Shown: positions 48,421 to 58,190, numbered from the stretch's first letter. The stretch: DNA of 64,000 bases from an uncultured Gemmatimonadales bacterium (GCA_963798915.1 CAWCVB010000002.1:320001-384000); one strand, 5' to 3'. A program made the numbers and translations. The notes: a model not told the origin generated them from the letters alone.

Positions 48421-50471
48421 ATCCGTACCCGGTCGGCGGGTGGCAGGTATTCGCGCTCGTCCGGCGTGACGTTGAATGCCTGGTACCAGGGATCGAGGTT
48501 GCGCACCGTGAGCGCGCGATACTCTCCTGGCGCGTGCCCATCCGTCAGCAGTCGCTGGCGCAGCAGCGGCTCGCGGGACTTGCTGCGCCAGACCTGGCCG
48601 AAGCTGAGGAAGAACTGCTGCTCGCCGGTGAGCCCACCCACGATCGGTGCCTCCTTGCCGCCAAGCGAGGCATGCCACGCATCATAGGCCGCGGTAAGCC
48701 CGGCCAGGTCGGCAATGTTCTCCGTGAGGGTGAGCTTGCCATTGACGGCCAGGTCGCGGAACGGGTGGTACCCGTTGTACTGCTGGACCAGCTGCTCGGT
48801 GGCGGCGTTGAAGTGTGCCAGGTCCTCTGGCGTCCACCAGTTCCGCAGCCGTCCGTCCGCGTCAAAGTTGGCGCCGAGGTTGTCAAAGCTGTGGCTGATC
48901 TCGTGCCCGATCACGGCGCCGATGCCGGCATAATTCATCGCATCAGTGCGAGCCGGATCAAAGAAGGGCGGCTGCAGAATGGCGGCGGGGAAGTTCATGG
49001 CGTTCATGGCCGGCATGTTGACCGCGTTTACCTCCTGCGGTGTCAGGGACCATTCCGTCCGGTCTACCGGCCGGTGCAGCTTGGCGAGATTCTGCCGGTA
49101 CTGATATCGCTCCAGTCGCTCGGCGTTGCCATAGGCGTCGCCGGCGCGAATCTCCAGGCCGTCGTACGTGGGCCAGCGATCCGGGTAGCCGACGCTCACC
49201 CGCAGCGTCTTCAGCTTCCGCCGGGCTTCCGCCCGCGTGGCTGGCGCCATCCAGTCGAGTCGCCCGATGCGCACATCGAATGCGTGAATGATCCCAGCCA
49301 CCATCGCCTCGGCCCGCGCCTTGGCGCTCGCCGGGAAGAACCGCTCAACATACTGGCGCCCTACCGCAAACCCCAGCGCGCTGCTGGTGGCCTGGATGGC
49401 GCGCTGGTCTCGCGCGGCCTGCTCCGGTGCACCGCTCAGCACCTGGCCAAAGAAGGCAAAGTGCTCATGATCAAACGCCGATGGCAGCACGTCGGCCCGA
49501 TGCTCGATGGCATGGTAGGCCAGCAGTGCCTTCCACGATTCGAGCGGCTCGCTGGCCGCCAGCGCCGACAGGCCGGTGATGGCGCTTGGTTGCCAGGCCA
49601 CCAACGTGGCCTGGTCACCCAGGCCGGCGGCCGTAAAGAAGCTCTCCCATTCCAACCCCGGCGCCTTCGATGAGAAATCCGCTCGGGCCCAGTGATTGTC
49701 CCCTTTCACCACATCCCAGGTATCCTCGGGCTTCCAGTGCGTGGCTGCGATCCGGGTCTCCAGCGCCACGACCGCGTCCGCCATCCTGGCCGTGTCGGCA
49801 AACCCGGCGAGGCCGAGCATCCTGGCTACGTGGGTCCGGTATGCCGTCCTGGTGGAATCCATCGCGGGCGAGTCGTCGAGATAGTAACTCCGATCCGGCA
49901 TGGCGAGGCCGCCCTGCAGCAGCGCCGCCGAATTGCGGGAGGGATCGTCGAAATCCTGATCCACCCACAGGCCGAACAGGTTCTCAGTATGGAGCGCGCC
50001 ATCATTGATCACGTCTACGTCGGCCCGCATGGTGGCGCCGATGAAGCGCGCCAGTCCGGTGCGGTCATGGATCGCAGCGATCCGGGCCAGCTCGGGCTTG
50101 AGCGATGCCAGCCGTCGAGCCTCGATGGCAGCGGTGTCGAGATAGGCAGTGTAGAAGTCGCCGATGCGCCGGCGGTCGGAGCCTTGAGCCGCCTTGCTCG
50201 CCGCCGCATCCCGCACCACCTGCTCCAGTTGCTTTCCCGCCGTTCGTGCTGCGACCGAGAACGCGCCGACCGAACTTCGGTCGGCGGGAATCTCGGTCTG
50301 GCGCACCCAGGTGCCGTTGGCATACGTGAAGAAGTCGTCGCCCGGCCGCACGGAGCGATCCATGCCTGCGGTGTCCAGGCCCAGCACCAGTTGCTGCGCC
50401 GTGAGCGGAGTAGCGAGCAGGACGAAGAGTGCACCGACGAGGCGGATGATACGGGCGGAAGCGCGCTTCAT
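48414..50471 (-). CDS. M13 family metallopeptidase (PepO/neprilysin-like)
   Basis: PGDDFF.YANG.W, VNA, FPAAILQPPFF, GHEISHSFD, ENIADLAG, HAP. Confidence 0.95.
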   Translation of the reverse strand: MKRASARIIRLVGALFVLLATPLTAQQLVLGLDTAGMDRSVRPGDDFFTYANGTWVRQTEIPADRSSVGAFSVAARTAGKQLEQVVRDAAASKAAQGSDRRRIGDFYTAYLDTAAIEARRLASLKPELARIAAIHDRTGLARFIGATMRADVDVINDGALHTENLFGLWVDQDFDDPSRNSAALLQGGLAMPDRSYYLDDSPAMDSTRTAYRTHVARMLGLAGFADTARMADAVVALETRIAATHWKPEDTWDVVKGDNHWARADFSSKAPGLEWESFFTAAGLGDQATLVAWQPSAITGLSALAASEPLESWKALLAYHAIEHRADVLPSAFDHEHFAFFGQVLSGAPEQAARDQRAIQATSSALGFAVGRQYVERFFPASAKARAEAMVAGIIHAFDVRIGRLDWMAPATRAEARRKLKTLRVSVGYPDRWPTYDGLEIRAGDAYGNAERLERYQYRQNLAKLHRPVDRTEWSLTPQEVNAVNMPAMNAMNFPAAILQPPFFDPARTDAMNYAGIGAVIGHEISHSFDNLGANFDADGRLRNWWTPEDLAHFNAATEQLVQQYNGYHPFRDLAVNGKLTLTENIADLAGLTAAYDAWHASLGGKEAPIVGGLTGEQQFFLSFGQVWRSKSREPLLRQRLLTDGHAPGEYRALTVRNLDPWYQAFNVTPDEREYLPPADRVRIW

Positions 50472-50812
50472 GATTGCTCCGGTGACCCTGGTGCCCTCAG
50501 CAACCCTACGCCCAGCGCCACGACGCCAATGGCGAGCAGCAGGGCGCCGAGATAGGCCAGGTAGATGAAGCCGTTGGGCTCACGTGCATCGGCGTGGAGC
50601 ACGGAGAGAAAGACGGCGGCGGGCAACAGGATGGCGGCGGACGGGATGAAGCTGCGCACCAGTTGGCCGGCACGCCACAGATTCTGGCGGAGCGGGTTGT
50701 CCATGTAAGCCGGGTCCCCGATCAGGAGGCGGAGCAGGTTTACCCCGCCATAGATAACCGTTGGCCATACGATCAGGATGATACCCGCCACCCGTCGTGA
50801 GGCATGGCTCAT
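50468..50812 (-). CDS. Membrane protein, possibly with an in-frame internal deletion
   Basis: AAGGAGG RBS, PTVIYGG, NPLRQNLWRAG joined directly to QLVRSFIP. Confidence 0.6.
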   Translation of the reverse strand: MSHASRRVAGIILIVWPTVIYGGVNLLRLLIGDPAYMDNPLRQNLWRAGQLVRSFIPSAAILLPAAVFLSVLHADAREPNGFIYLAYLGALLLAIGVVALGVGLLRAPGSPEQS

Positions 50813-50985
50813 GGTGTGCCCTCCTTGAGCGGTCGGCCGGACATCAGGCATTGGCCGGTGCCATCAAGCTGCCGGAGCCGGGTGCGGCCGGCAACCCTGC
50901 CCGGCGGCACCGCCTTCACTTTCCTTTCATCGTGCGTTCACCTGAAGCGTCCCAGATTGAGCCTGACTCGGTCCGGGAGCAGGCG

Positions 50986-51165
50986 ATGCCCTATGCTGGC
51001 GTGACGGTTTTCATCCTCTTCTTCGGCCTGGCGCTGCTGGATGCATTGCGGGACGGGCAGTGGTTTCGGGCGTTGCTCTGGATTGCGGCAGGGGCCGCGT
51101 TCTGGCTGCTGGAGCGACGCGGCCGTCTGGCCCGGGCTCGCCGACGCGGGGCAGGGAGCCCATAG
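50986..51165 (+). CDS. Small two-TM membrane protein
   Basis: GVTVFILFFGLALLDA...W..ALLW, 59 aa. Confidence 0.55.
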   Translation: MPYAGVTVFILFFGLALLDALRDGQWFRALLWIAAGAAFWLLERRGRLARARRRGAGSP

Positions 51166-51197
51166 GACCCGGGCGAATCGCCAGGCAAATGCGGAAG

Positions 51198-51689
51198 CTA
51201 CCGGTCGGGCGCCGTGACCGGCCGGCTCGCGCTTGCCTCGATAATCATGCGATAGGGGTCTGACGGGCTCTCGACATCCCACTGCAACCGCAGCGACGTC
51301 TCGCCCCATTCGATACAGGCATGGTAGCGGTCCTGGCCGCACTGATGCGGACCGGTCGCGATCCAGCGCCCTGCCGTATCCGGATACAGCTGGACCAGCT
51401 GGGTTGGGCTGCCAGCGCCTCGGCGCAGGTGGCTCAACTCCAGCCCCACGCCGTCCGGCATGGTCCGCCAGCATGTGGTGTTGTGGAATCGAAGTCCCGT
51501 GAGCGGTCCGGTGGCCCACTCTCCCTCTTCATGCCAGGTCACGGCCGATGGATCGGCCGCATTCTCTTTGACACGAATGCTGCCGGTCGCGGTGTGCACC
51601 TCGTCCCGGCCGCTCGCGCCACGCGCCTCGACCCGCACGGCCAGGTGCCGAACCAGCGCCAGGAGATGCCACGGCGATTGATTGCTCAC
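51198..51689 (-). CDS. DUF6314-like protein
   Basis: GTG start overlaps the MerB-like stop (GTGA). WHEEG.W, HLRRG, PHQCGQDRY, W.V.SP..PY. Confidence 0.6.
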   Translation of the reverse strand: MSNQSPWHLLALVRHLAVRVEARGASGRDEVHTATGSIRVKENAADPSAVTWHEEGEWATGPLTGLRFHNTTCWRTMPDGVGLELSHLRRGAGSPTQLVQLYPDTAGRWIATGPHQCGQDRYHACIEWGETSLRLQWDVESPSDPYRMIIEASASRPVTAPDR

Positions 51690-52363
51690 CTGAATTGATC
51701 TGCCGCCGGATTCCAGAATTCTCCCGTCAGGCCCAGATGGTCAAAGATCGCCTTCATTTCTTCGGGGCCCGGGCGGCGCGCGTTCGCTTCCAATCGGGTC
51801 GAATACCAGGCGCGGGCCAGCCCCCAGAGCTGGGGAATTGTGACCAGCGGCCGCATCGGCGTGCCCTGCTGCGCGCACCATTCGCGCACCATTTCTTCCG
51901 ACCGGAAGAATAGCATGCGGCTTCAGGTGAATCCGATATCGTCCCACCATTGTGATGCGGGGAGGAGGCAATGAAAGAGCCAGCTTGACGGCTCCGGTCC
52001 GTCTGGTCCCACCTGCAGGCGCAGCGGTTCGCCTGACTGTTCGCACCGGGAACGCACCTCGGCCGGCTGCCGCAGGGCGGCCGGGACACCCAGGGCATCC
52101 CAGGCGCAGTTGGCGAAGTATTGCGTGCCGTTGCAGACAACCGCGTGGTGGGTTGGCACACCCGAGAAAGGCGGTGCCATCCGGATGGAGCTTCCGTCGG
52201 GCTCGAGTACGAGCACCCGCCGCGCCGCGAGTCGCGCATAGGCGGCGAGCACTGCAGGCACGTCGGCCCTTACCCGCGCTGCCACGTCCTCGACCGAAGG
52301 GCGGTTGCCTGTCTCGGCGAAGTGGCGGTACACCGCCAGTCTGGTTTCGCTGTCGAAATCCAT
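51686..52363 (-). CDS. MerB-like organomercurial/organometallic lyase, probable selenoprotein (225 aa, Sec147)
   Basis: N-terminal HTH, APPFSGVPT, NCAWDALG (C86/D89), RCEQSG (C107), then WWDDIGFT-TGA-SRMLFFRSEE continuing in frame for 78 codons. A SECIS-like hairpin follows the TGA. Confidence 0.85.
51885..51919 (-). promoter_or_regulatory. Bacterial SECIS-like stem-loop
   Basis: UUCUUCC-GGUC-GGAAGAA (51910-51893), with the loop 19 nt after the UGA. The lower stem is extendable (CUAU/AUGG, CGCA/UGCG). Confidence 0.75.
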
Positions 52364-52365
52364 GG

Positions 52366-53311
52366 TCAACCAAGTCCTTCCACGAACCCGCGACGCCAGC
52401 TGGCGTAGGCGGGCTGCCAGCCCAGTTGCCTTCCTGGCCTTGGCGTTGGAACCACCGCGGCTCAGCGTCATCATGGACACGCCTCCTTCACCGATCAGCA
52501 GCCGTGCAAGCCAGGCCGGCACGTGGCGTGGCGGCTTGGCGCCCAGGACCTCGGCCAGGAACGGCAGCCAACTCGAGACCGGCGCCGGTTCGTCGTCTAC
52601 CACATTGTAAATGCCCGGATCGCCCCGGGACATCGCCGCCGCCGTGGCCGTGGCAACGTCTGCTATATGAATGAAGGACCAGATGCCTGCTCCATTGCCC
52701 ACGACGGGAAACTTGCGCTGAAGAATCAGCTCTGGCAGCAGGGCTCCGCGGGCAATGCCGGTGCCCGGCCCGTAAAGCGAGCCGTAGCGAAGCGCCAGGG
52801 CCTCGAGATCGGTCGCAGTGCGAACGCGATCTTCAAGGTAGCGGATGGCCGCGAGGGTTCGCCTGAAGCTCGCGGGCGGGTGGGGATCCAGGGGCGCGTC
52901 TTCGTCCTTGACCGGTCCCCCCTCCCGCGCGAAGGGCCAGCCGCAGTAGCTCTGCGCAATGAATCGCCGGGCACCAGCCTGGCGGGCCGCGGCGAACAGG
53001 GTATCGGTGACCTCGGTGCGGAAGCGATTGGTGAGGGCAAACTCCTGGTCGAACTTCCTGAAGTTTCCGCTCAGATGTGCGAGTGCCGTGAGTTCGTGCA
53101 TCACGACCTCGGGCCCGCTTTCTACGACGGCCGCGGTCAGCGCCTCACGATCGAGTGCGTCGGCGATGGCCGGCCGGGCGCCCTGTGCTTCCACCTCCTG
53201 CGCCTTCTCCCTGCTCCGCACCAGCGCGGTCACCTCGTGGCCCTGCTGGACCAGCAGCGGTACGAGGCTCTTGCCTACCGCCCCCGTGCTTCCCGCGATG
53301 AATACTTTCAT
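52366..53311 (-). pseudogene. NAD-dependent epimerase/dehydratase with a +1 frameshift near 52430
   Basis: VFIAGSTGAVG, LRYGSLYGPG, SFIHIADVA, SNAKARK. The shifted frame gives QLGWQPAYASWRRGFVEGLG* (TGA at 52366). Confidence 0.85.
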
Positions 53312-53387
53312 GACTTCTCCGTGCTCAGTGCAGCCACACTCCTGGCCGTGCGGGCCGCCTGAATCGAGACGAATCTCTCACCTGGTG

Positions 53388-55964
53388 TCAGGGCGCCAGC
53401 TGCACCACGCGCCGCTCGACGTCGGTTCCCAGCGACACACCTACGGTCATGAACATCCCGGTGTGACCTTGCAGCCGTCCCCCTTCCACCACCCGAAGGT
53501 CCAGAGGCGTCCGGATTCTGAATTGCTGCTCGCCTCGTCCCTCTACCGTCGCAATGTAGCGACCATGCTCCTGGCGCCAGTCGAGCAGCCGGAGCCCGCG
53601 CGACGGGTCTCCCGGTTCCGGGCGGGTCTGTTGCGGCACCAGTTCGGCGCCGCCCGAAAACTGAATGTCGACAGCCGCGGAGTCGGCGAGCGACGTCTCG
53701 AAGGCCGGAGAAATGTCGTGCGGGGTTGCGACCGCGCGATATTCCACGGCCTTTCCATTGACGCTGACATGTGTGATGGTGGCACCGAGGGGAAGCGAGG
53801 GCTGCAGTTGGATATTGAGCGGCCTGGTGCCCTGCAGGCGGTGCAGCGCAAGCTGCAGCCGTCCCGGCTCACGCCGGATCGTGACGTCCAGCTTGCCGCA
53901 GCCGCTGTCGAGCCGCCGCAGCGTGAGTCGGTCCCAGTCAGCCGGCAGCTGGGGTGAGAGCATCACGCGGCAGTGCGGCGCATCTGCCCGGAAGCCCGCC
54001 AACCCGCGCAGCAGTGGCGTGATGAGCATGGAGGTCGAGAAGAACTGGTCCGGCATCGCGGTGTCCAGCGGGTCATAGAATGCTGCGGACATCAGCTCCG
54101 GCTGAACGCCGAGTGCAAAGTCATCGCCTGTGCGGGCAATGTCGCGGATGAGGTCATAGCCTGCCCAACCCCTGCGGGTCTGATAATCGGCCCACGCGGC
54201 AAAGCCGGTGACGAAGGGCCAGACGGCGCCGTTGTTGTAGTGCAGCGGCTCATAGAGCGGATGCATCCGGTCGAGCGTCCGGACGCCCCAGTCAGTGGTG
54301 ACCCGGTCGCTGGCCACCTGGGTCATCATCTGCCGCGCGTGGCCGGCGTCGAGCTGGCCAAAGGCGATGGCCGTCGCGGGCCACACCGTGAGCGCATCGT
54401 TCAGGCTGGTCTTCCCGTGGTCGTCCTCCAGCAGCGCGAAAGCATAGCGGCCGCTCCGCGCCATCCAGAAGCGCTGTTCAAGACTCGCGGCCGCCTTGTC
54501 GTGCAACGCGTCCAGCTCGGTCGCCAGCGCCGAGTCGCCGCGGGCGCGCGCCATGTCACGCAGTCCCTCGAGCGCCGCGACCCAGACACCGGCCAGGTAG
54601 ATGTCAGTGTGCAGCCGGTCACCGAGGTTGCCCACTTCAATGGCGCCGACTCCGGAGCCAGGGTTCTCCATCAGTCCATCGCCGTCAGTATCGCTCTTCC
54701 GGGACCAGCGATAGGCGAGCAGCAGCTTGTCCCACGTCGCGTCGATCCATGCCTGGTCACCTGAGGCGCGCCAGTACTCAGCGCACGCCAGGATCCAGTA
54801 TGGAGTCGTATCACCATGGTACCAGGTATAGGGATAGTCAGTCCACCACGGCAGACGCGCGGCGGAGTGGGAAATCTCGTGGGGAATCTTGCCGTCGGCG
54901 CGCTGGTACTTGCCAAGGAAGGAGAGCCCCTGGCGCACCAGGCCGAATTGCCCGAGCGCGTCCATGGCGAAGGAGTTGATGGCGGCGTCGCCACCGAAAT
55001 ACCAGCCGAATCCGGGACGGAAATTTCCCGGGCCGGCCTTGCCGTAGCCGGCCACCAGCCCGCAGCCCAGGTCGGGATTGCACACCAGTTGGCGATCGAG
55101 GCTCAGCTTGGCCCATTCGAAAGCGCGATTGAAGCCGGCATCCGGCGATTCGATCGAGACCAGCGAGTCGGCGACCTCGCGGAAATGTGCCACCTTGCGA
55201 TCCACCTGCTCACGAGCCGTTGCCAGCAGCCGGTTGGCCACGGCCCAGACCGAATCCTGCGACATCACGCCACCGGCAATCACGATCGGCAGGAAATGCG
55301 TCCGCGCCATCGCGGTGTCGATGGCCATCCGGAACTGTGAACCGAACGCGGGGGCGTCATGCGCGGCATGCAGCGTCCCCGACGTGGCCGCCGGTGACGC
55401 GACCACGCCGTTGATGGCCCACACCCCGCCCTGGGTCAACAGGAAGCCGCGATGCGCAGCATCCCACCCGATATGCTGGCCGCCAAAGCCGCCGGGCCAG
55501 GCCAGATTGAAGTCGGCGTGGAGGTGCACGATCACCTCCAGTGGGTGCACCGACTCCACATCGAGCAGGATCAGCGCACCTGGCTCGTCCAGAGCGGCTA
55601 GCACATGGGCCTTGACGGTGAAGGACGGATGCGAATAGACGATGGTCTTGTAGCCCGGATGAACGATGACCCGTCGGGCGACCGTGCTTGCCTCGATCGG
55701 GTCATCGTAATCGGGGATCTTGAATGCAAACGACAGATCGCGGACCAGTTTGATGGGCCAGGTCCAGGCTTCGAAGCCGCCGGTCTCATCGCCAAAGAGC
55801 GCGGCTCGGCGCCCTTCGTCTCCGAGGTAGACGCCAGGCCGTGCCGGCCCCTCCATATCGAGCGGCGACTCGGGCAGCGGAAATCTGGGGATGCCGGTGG
55901 GCGCCTGGGCCGCCGCCGACGCCGCGCCCAGCCCCAGCATCGCAGCGACCAGGATCGGGCGCAT
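53388..55964 (-). CDS. Exported (alpha/alpha)6 glycoside hydrolase (amylo-alpha-1,6-glucosidase / GDE C-terminal-like)
   Basis: GFGWYFGGD, QRADGKIPHE, DTDGDGLMEN, YNNGAVWPFVTG. Confidence 0.82.
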   Translation of the reverse strand: MRPILVAAMLGLGAASAAAQAPTGIPRFPLPESPLDMEGPARPGVYLGDEGRRAALFGDETGGFEAWTWPIKLVRDLSFAFKIPDYDDPIEASTVARRVIVHPGYKTIVYSHPSFTVKAHVLAALDEPGALILLDVESVHPLEVIVHLHADFNLAWPGGFGGQHIGWDAAHRGFLLTQGGVWAINGVVASPAATSGTLHAAHDAPAFGSQFRMAIDTAMARTHFLPIVIAGGVMSQDSVWAVANRLLATAREQVDRKVAHFREVADSLVSIESPDAGFNRAFEWAKLSLDRQLVCNPDLGCGLVAGYGKAGPGNFRPGFGWYFGGDAAINSFAMDALGQFGLVRQGLSFLGKYQRADGKIPHEISHSAARLPWWTDYPYTWYHGDTTPYWILACAEYWRASGDQAWIDATWDKLLLAYRWSRKSDTDGDGLMENPGSGVGAIEVGNLGDRLHTDIYLAGVWVAALEGLRDMARARGDSALATELDALHDKAAASLEQRFWMARSGRYAFALLEDDHGKTSLNDALTVWPATAIAFGQLDAGHARQMMTQVASDRVTTDWGVRTLDRMHPLYEPLHYNNGAVWPFVTGFAAWADYQTRRGWAGYDLIRDIARTGDDFALGVQPELMSAAFYDPLDTAMPDQFFSTSMLITPLLRGLAGFRADAPHCRVMLSPQLPADWDRLTLRRLDSGCGKLDVTIRREPGRLQLALHRLQGTRPLNIQLQPSLPLGATITHVSVNGKAVEYRAVATPHDISPAFETSLADSAAVDIQFSGGAELVPQQTRPEPGDPSRGLRLLDWRQEHGRYIATVEGRGEQQFRIRTPLDLRVVEGGRLQGHTGMFMTVGVSLGTDVERRVVQLAP

Positions 55965-55965
55965 G

Positions 55966-57132
55966 CTACCTCACTGGCTCGACGCTGAAGGTCCACACCG
56001 TTTCCGAGCGGTAGTGCTGGTCCGGCTCCAGGATGGTGGAGGGAAAGCCAGGATGGTTGGGAGAATCAGGAAAGTGCTGCGTCTCGAGCGCGAGTCCGGT
56101 GCGATGCCGATACACCGTGCCGCCTTTTCCGGTAATCGACCCGTCCAGGAAGTTGCCGGAGTAGAACTGCACCCCGGGTTCGGTGGTGCGAATCTCCAGC
56201 ACCCTGCCGCTGGTCGGGTCGGTGACCCGGGCCGCCAGCCAAATGCCATCGTGGGCGTGGGTGAGCACGAAGTTGTGGTCGTAGCCACCGCCGAAGCGCA
56301 GCTGCTGGTTGTCGGCATTGATCCGCTCCCCGATGGGGTGCGGGCTTCGGAAATCGAATGGCGTGCCCGCCACCGGCACGATGTCGCCGGTGGGAATCAG
56401 CGTGCTGTCCACTGGCGTGAAGGAGTCCGCGGCGATCATCAGCTCGTGGCCCAGGATATCGCCCGAGCCGGCAAGGTTGAAATAGGAATGCTGGGTCAGG
56501 TTGACGGGCGTTGCCTTGTCGGTCTTGGCCTCGTAGTCGATGATGAACTGATTGCCGTCAGTCAGGGTGTAGGTGACCGTGGCCTGCAGCGTTCCGGGGT
56601 AGCCCTCGTCGCCGTCCGCACTGGTATGCCGCAACACGACGCCCCGCCGGCGCGCGTCCTCGAAGGGTTGCGCCTGCCATACCACCTTGTCGAAGCCACG
56701 GACGCCGCCGTGCAGTGCATTGGGACCGTTGTTGGTCGCCAGATGGTAGGTGGTGCCATTGAGCGTGAAGCGACCCTTGGCGATCCTGTTGCCGTAGCGG
56801 CCGACGATGGCGCCGAAGTAGGGCGAATCCTTCAGGTATCCCGCCAGACTGTCATATCCCAGCACCACGTCGCCCAGTGTTCCGTTGAGGTCGGGTACCT
56901 TGAGGGAGACGATGATGCCGCCGTAGGTCATGATCCGCACTTCCATGCCATGCGAATTCGTGAGCGTGAACAGCTCGACCGCTTCGCCGCCAGGCGTGGT
57001 GCCGAACGGGGCGCGTGTCACTGGTTCCTCCTGGGCTCTGGGCGCGTCCGGTTTCCTGGTGGAGCAAGCGGCCAGGCCGGCGAGCAAGGCCAGGCAGGAG
57101 CGGCGAAGCGGCTGCTTCATGATTCTGGTCAT
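55966..57132 (-). CDS. galM: Aldose 1-epimerase (mutarotase) with lipoprotein signal
   Basis: YFGAIVGRYGNRI, LHGG, NLTQHSYFNL, GYDHNF, LETQHFPDSPN. Lipobox LAAC. Confidence 0.93.
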   Translation of the reverse strand: MTRIMKQPLRRSCLALLAGLAACSTRKPDAPRAQEEPVTRAPFGTTPGGEAVELFTLTNSHGMEVRIMTYGGIIVSLKVPDLNGTLGDVVLGYDSLAGYLKDSPYFGAIVGRYGNRIAKGRFTLNGTTYHLATNNGPNALHGGVRGFDKVVWQAQPFEDARRRGVVLRHTSADGDEGYPGTLQATVTYTLTDGNQFIIDYEAKTDKATPVNLTQHSYFNLAGSGDILGHELMIAADSFTPVDSTLIPTGDIVPVAGTPFDFRSPHPIGERINADNQQLRFGGGYDHNFVLTHAHDGIWLAARVTDPTSGRVLEIRTTEPGVQFYSGNFLDGSITGKGGTVYRHRTGLALETQHFPDSPNHPGFPSTILEPDQHYRSETVWTFSVEPVR

Positions 57133-58067
57133 TCCGGCTCGACGGTGAAGGGCACCAGCATGTGCTTGGTCCGGGTATGGGGCACTTCGGCGATCCAGGC
57201 GTACTCGCCGGGCTCGAATGTCGCCGTGAGGTAGCCCACCGAGCCGGCTGGCATCTCGTTGACGCCGCCAAGAAAAGTAGCCGGTGCCGGGACCTGCAGG
57301 CCTGCCGGACTGCTCCAGTCCATCCACGCCGCGAGCGAATCCAGGTTGGCATTGGGCTGAAGCTTGAGCAGGTGGACGTCGTGTCCCACGAAATTTTCAT
57401 GAGCCCGCTGGTCGGCAAAGTGCACGGCGACGGTCTGGATGCCCGCTACCGGCTTCCCCTCAACCCGGATTCCGCTATCGGCAGAGATGGTGAGGCTTAC
57501 ATCCGCCCGGGGTTCGGCGGCGCCTGACGCGGGCGCAGTCACCGTGAACTGGTGGACCATGCCCCAGGCCGAGGTGTCGCGATTGAATGAATGGAACGTG
57601 CCGCCGGACTTGACGTAGCACTCGAGGAGATAGGTCCCCGGGCTGAGCCTGATGGTGGACTGCGATGTCTGCCCGGGACCGGTGAGCCCCGGCCCGCCCA
57701 TGAAGACGACCTGCTGGAACCAGGTGGGCAGCCTGCCGAATGCGGCCATGGCCGAGTCGGGCTGTCCGGCGATGAGCCGGTCCATGCCGGCTTGGAACAC
57801 CGGCGCCACTTCCTTCTGCTGCCGAGCTGCGTCCACGCCCTCGGGCAGGCGTTCCACCACCGCGAAGTGGGTGACGGGCGAGGTGTTGTGGAAGCGAATG
57901 GTGACCCAGCCCGCCGGCACGGTGTCGGGCGCCTCGAACGACAGCCCGGTGGCCACTACGTTCATCGTGCCGGGCTGGTCGGTCCGCTCGGCGGCACTTC
58001 TGTCAGCACAGCCGAGCAGCGGGAGGGCGAGGAGGGTGGCGGCGAGCGTGGTGCGGCGGCATGGCAT
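57129..58067 (-). CDS. Lipoprotein with tandem cupredoxin-like folds
   Basis: Lipobox LLGC, PAGWVTIRFHN, PGTYLLECYVK..FH..GM, and a second repeat PGEYAWI..H...M. Confidence 0.6.
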   Translation of the reverse strand: MPCRRTTLAATLLALPLLGCADRSAAERTDQPGTMNVVATGLSFEAPDTVPAGWVTIRFHNTSPVTHFAVVERLPEGVDAARQQKEVAPVFQAGMDRLIAGQPDSAMAAFGRLPTWFQQVVFMGGPGLTGPGQTSQSTIRLSPGTYLLECYVKSGGTFHSFNRDTSAWGMVHQFTVTAPASGAAEPRADVSLTISADSGIRVEGKPVAGIQTVAVHFADQRAHENFVGHDVHLLKLQPNANLDSLAAWMDWSSPAGLQVPAPATFLGGVNEMPAGSVGYLTATFEPGEYAWIAEVPHTRTKHMLVPFTVEPE

Positions 58068-58190
58068 GATGGCAGCTCCGGTGGCGGGGTGTCCTTCGGT
58101 TTTACGGGGTCACCCCGGGCCTGTCAACCGGCTGCGGCGGCTGGAGCGTCGGCTCGCCCGCCGGGCAGGTGATTCGCACCGCATTCGGAG

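Noticed and set aside
51923..53311. 462-aa epimerase-MerB fusion shown in the ORF track
   Set aside because: A single extra base near 52430 explains it. The shifted frame restores the typical LGWQP.Y.SWR.GF ending with a stop 2 nt before the MerB-like ATG.
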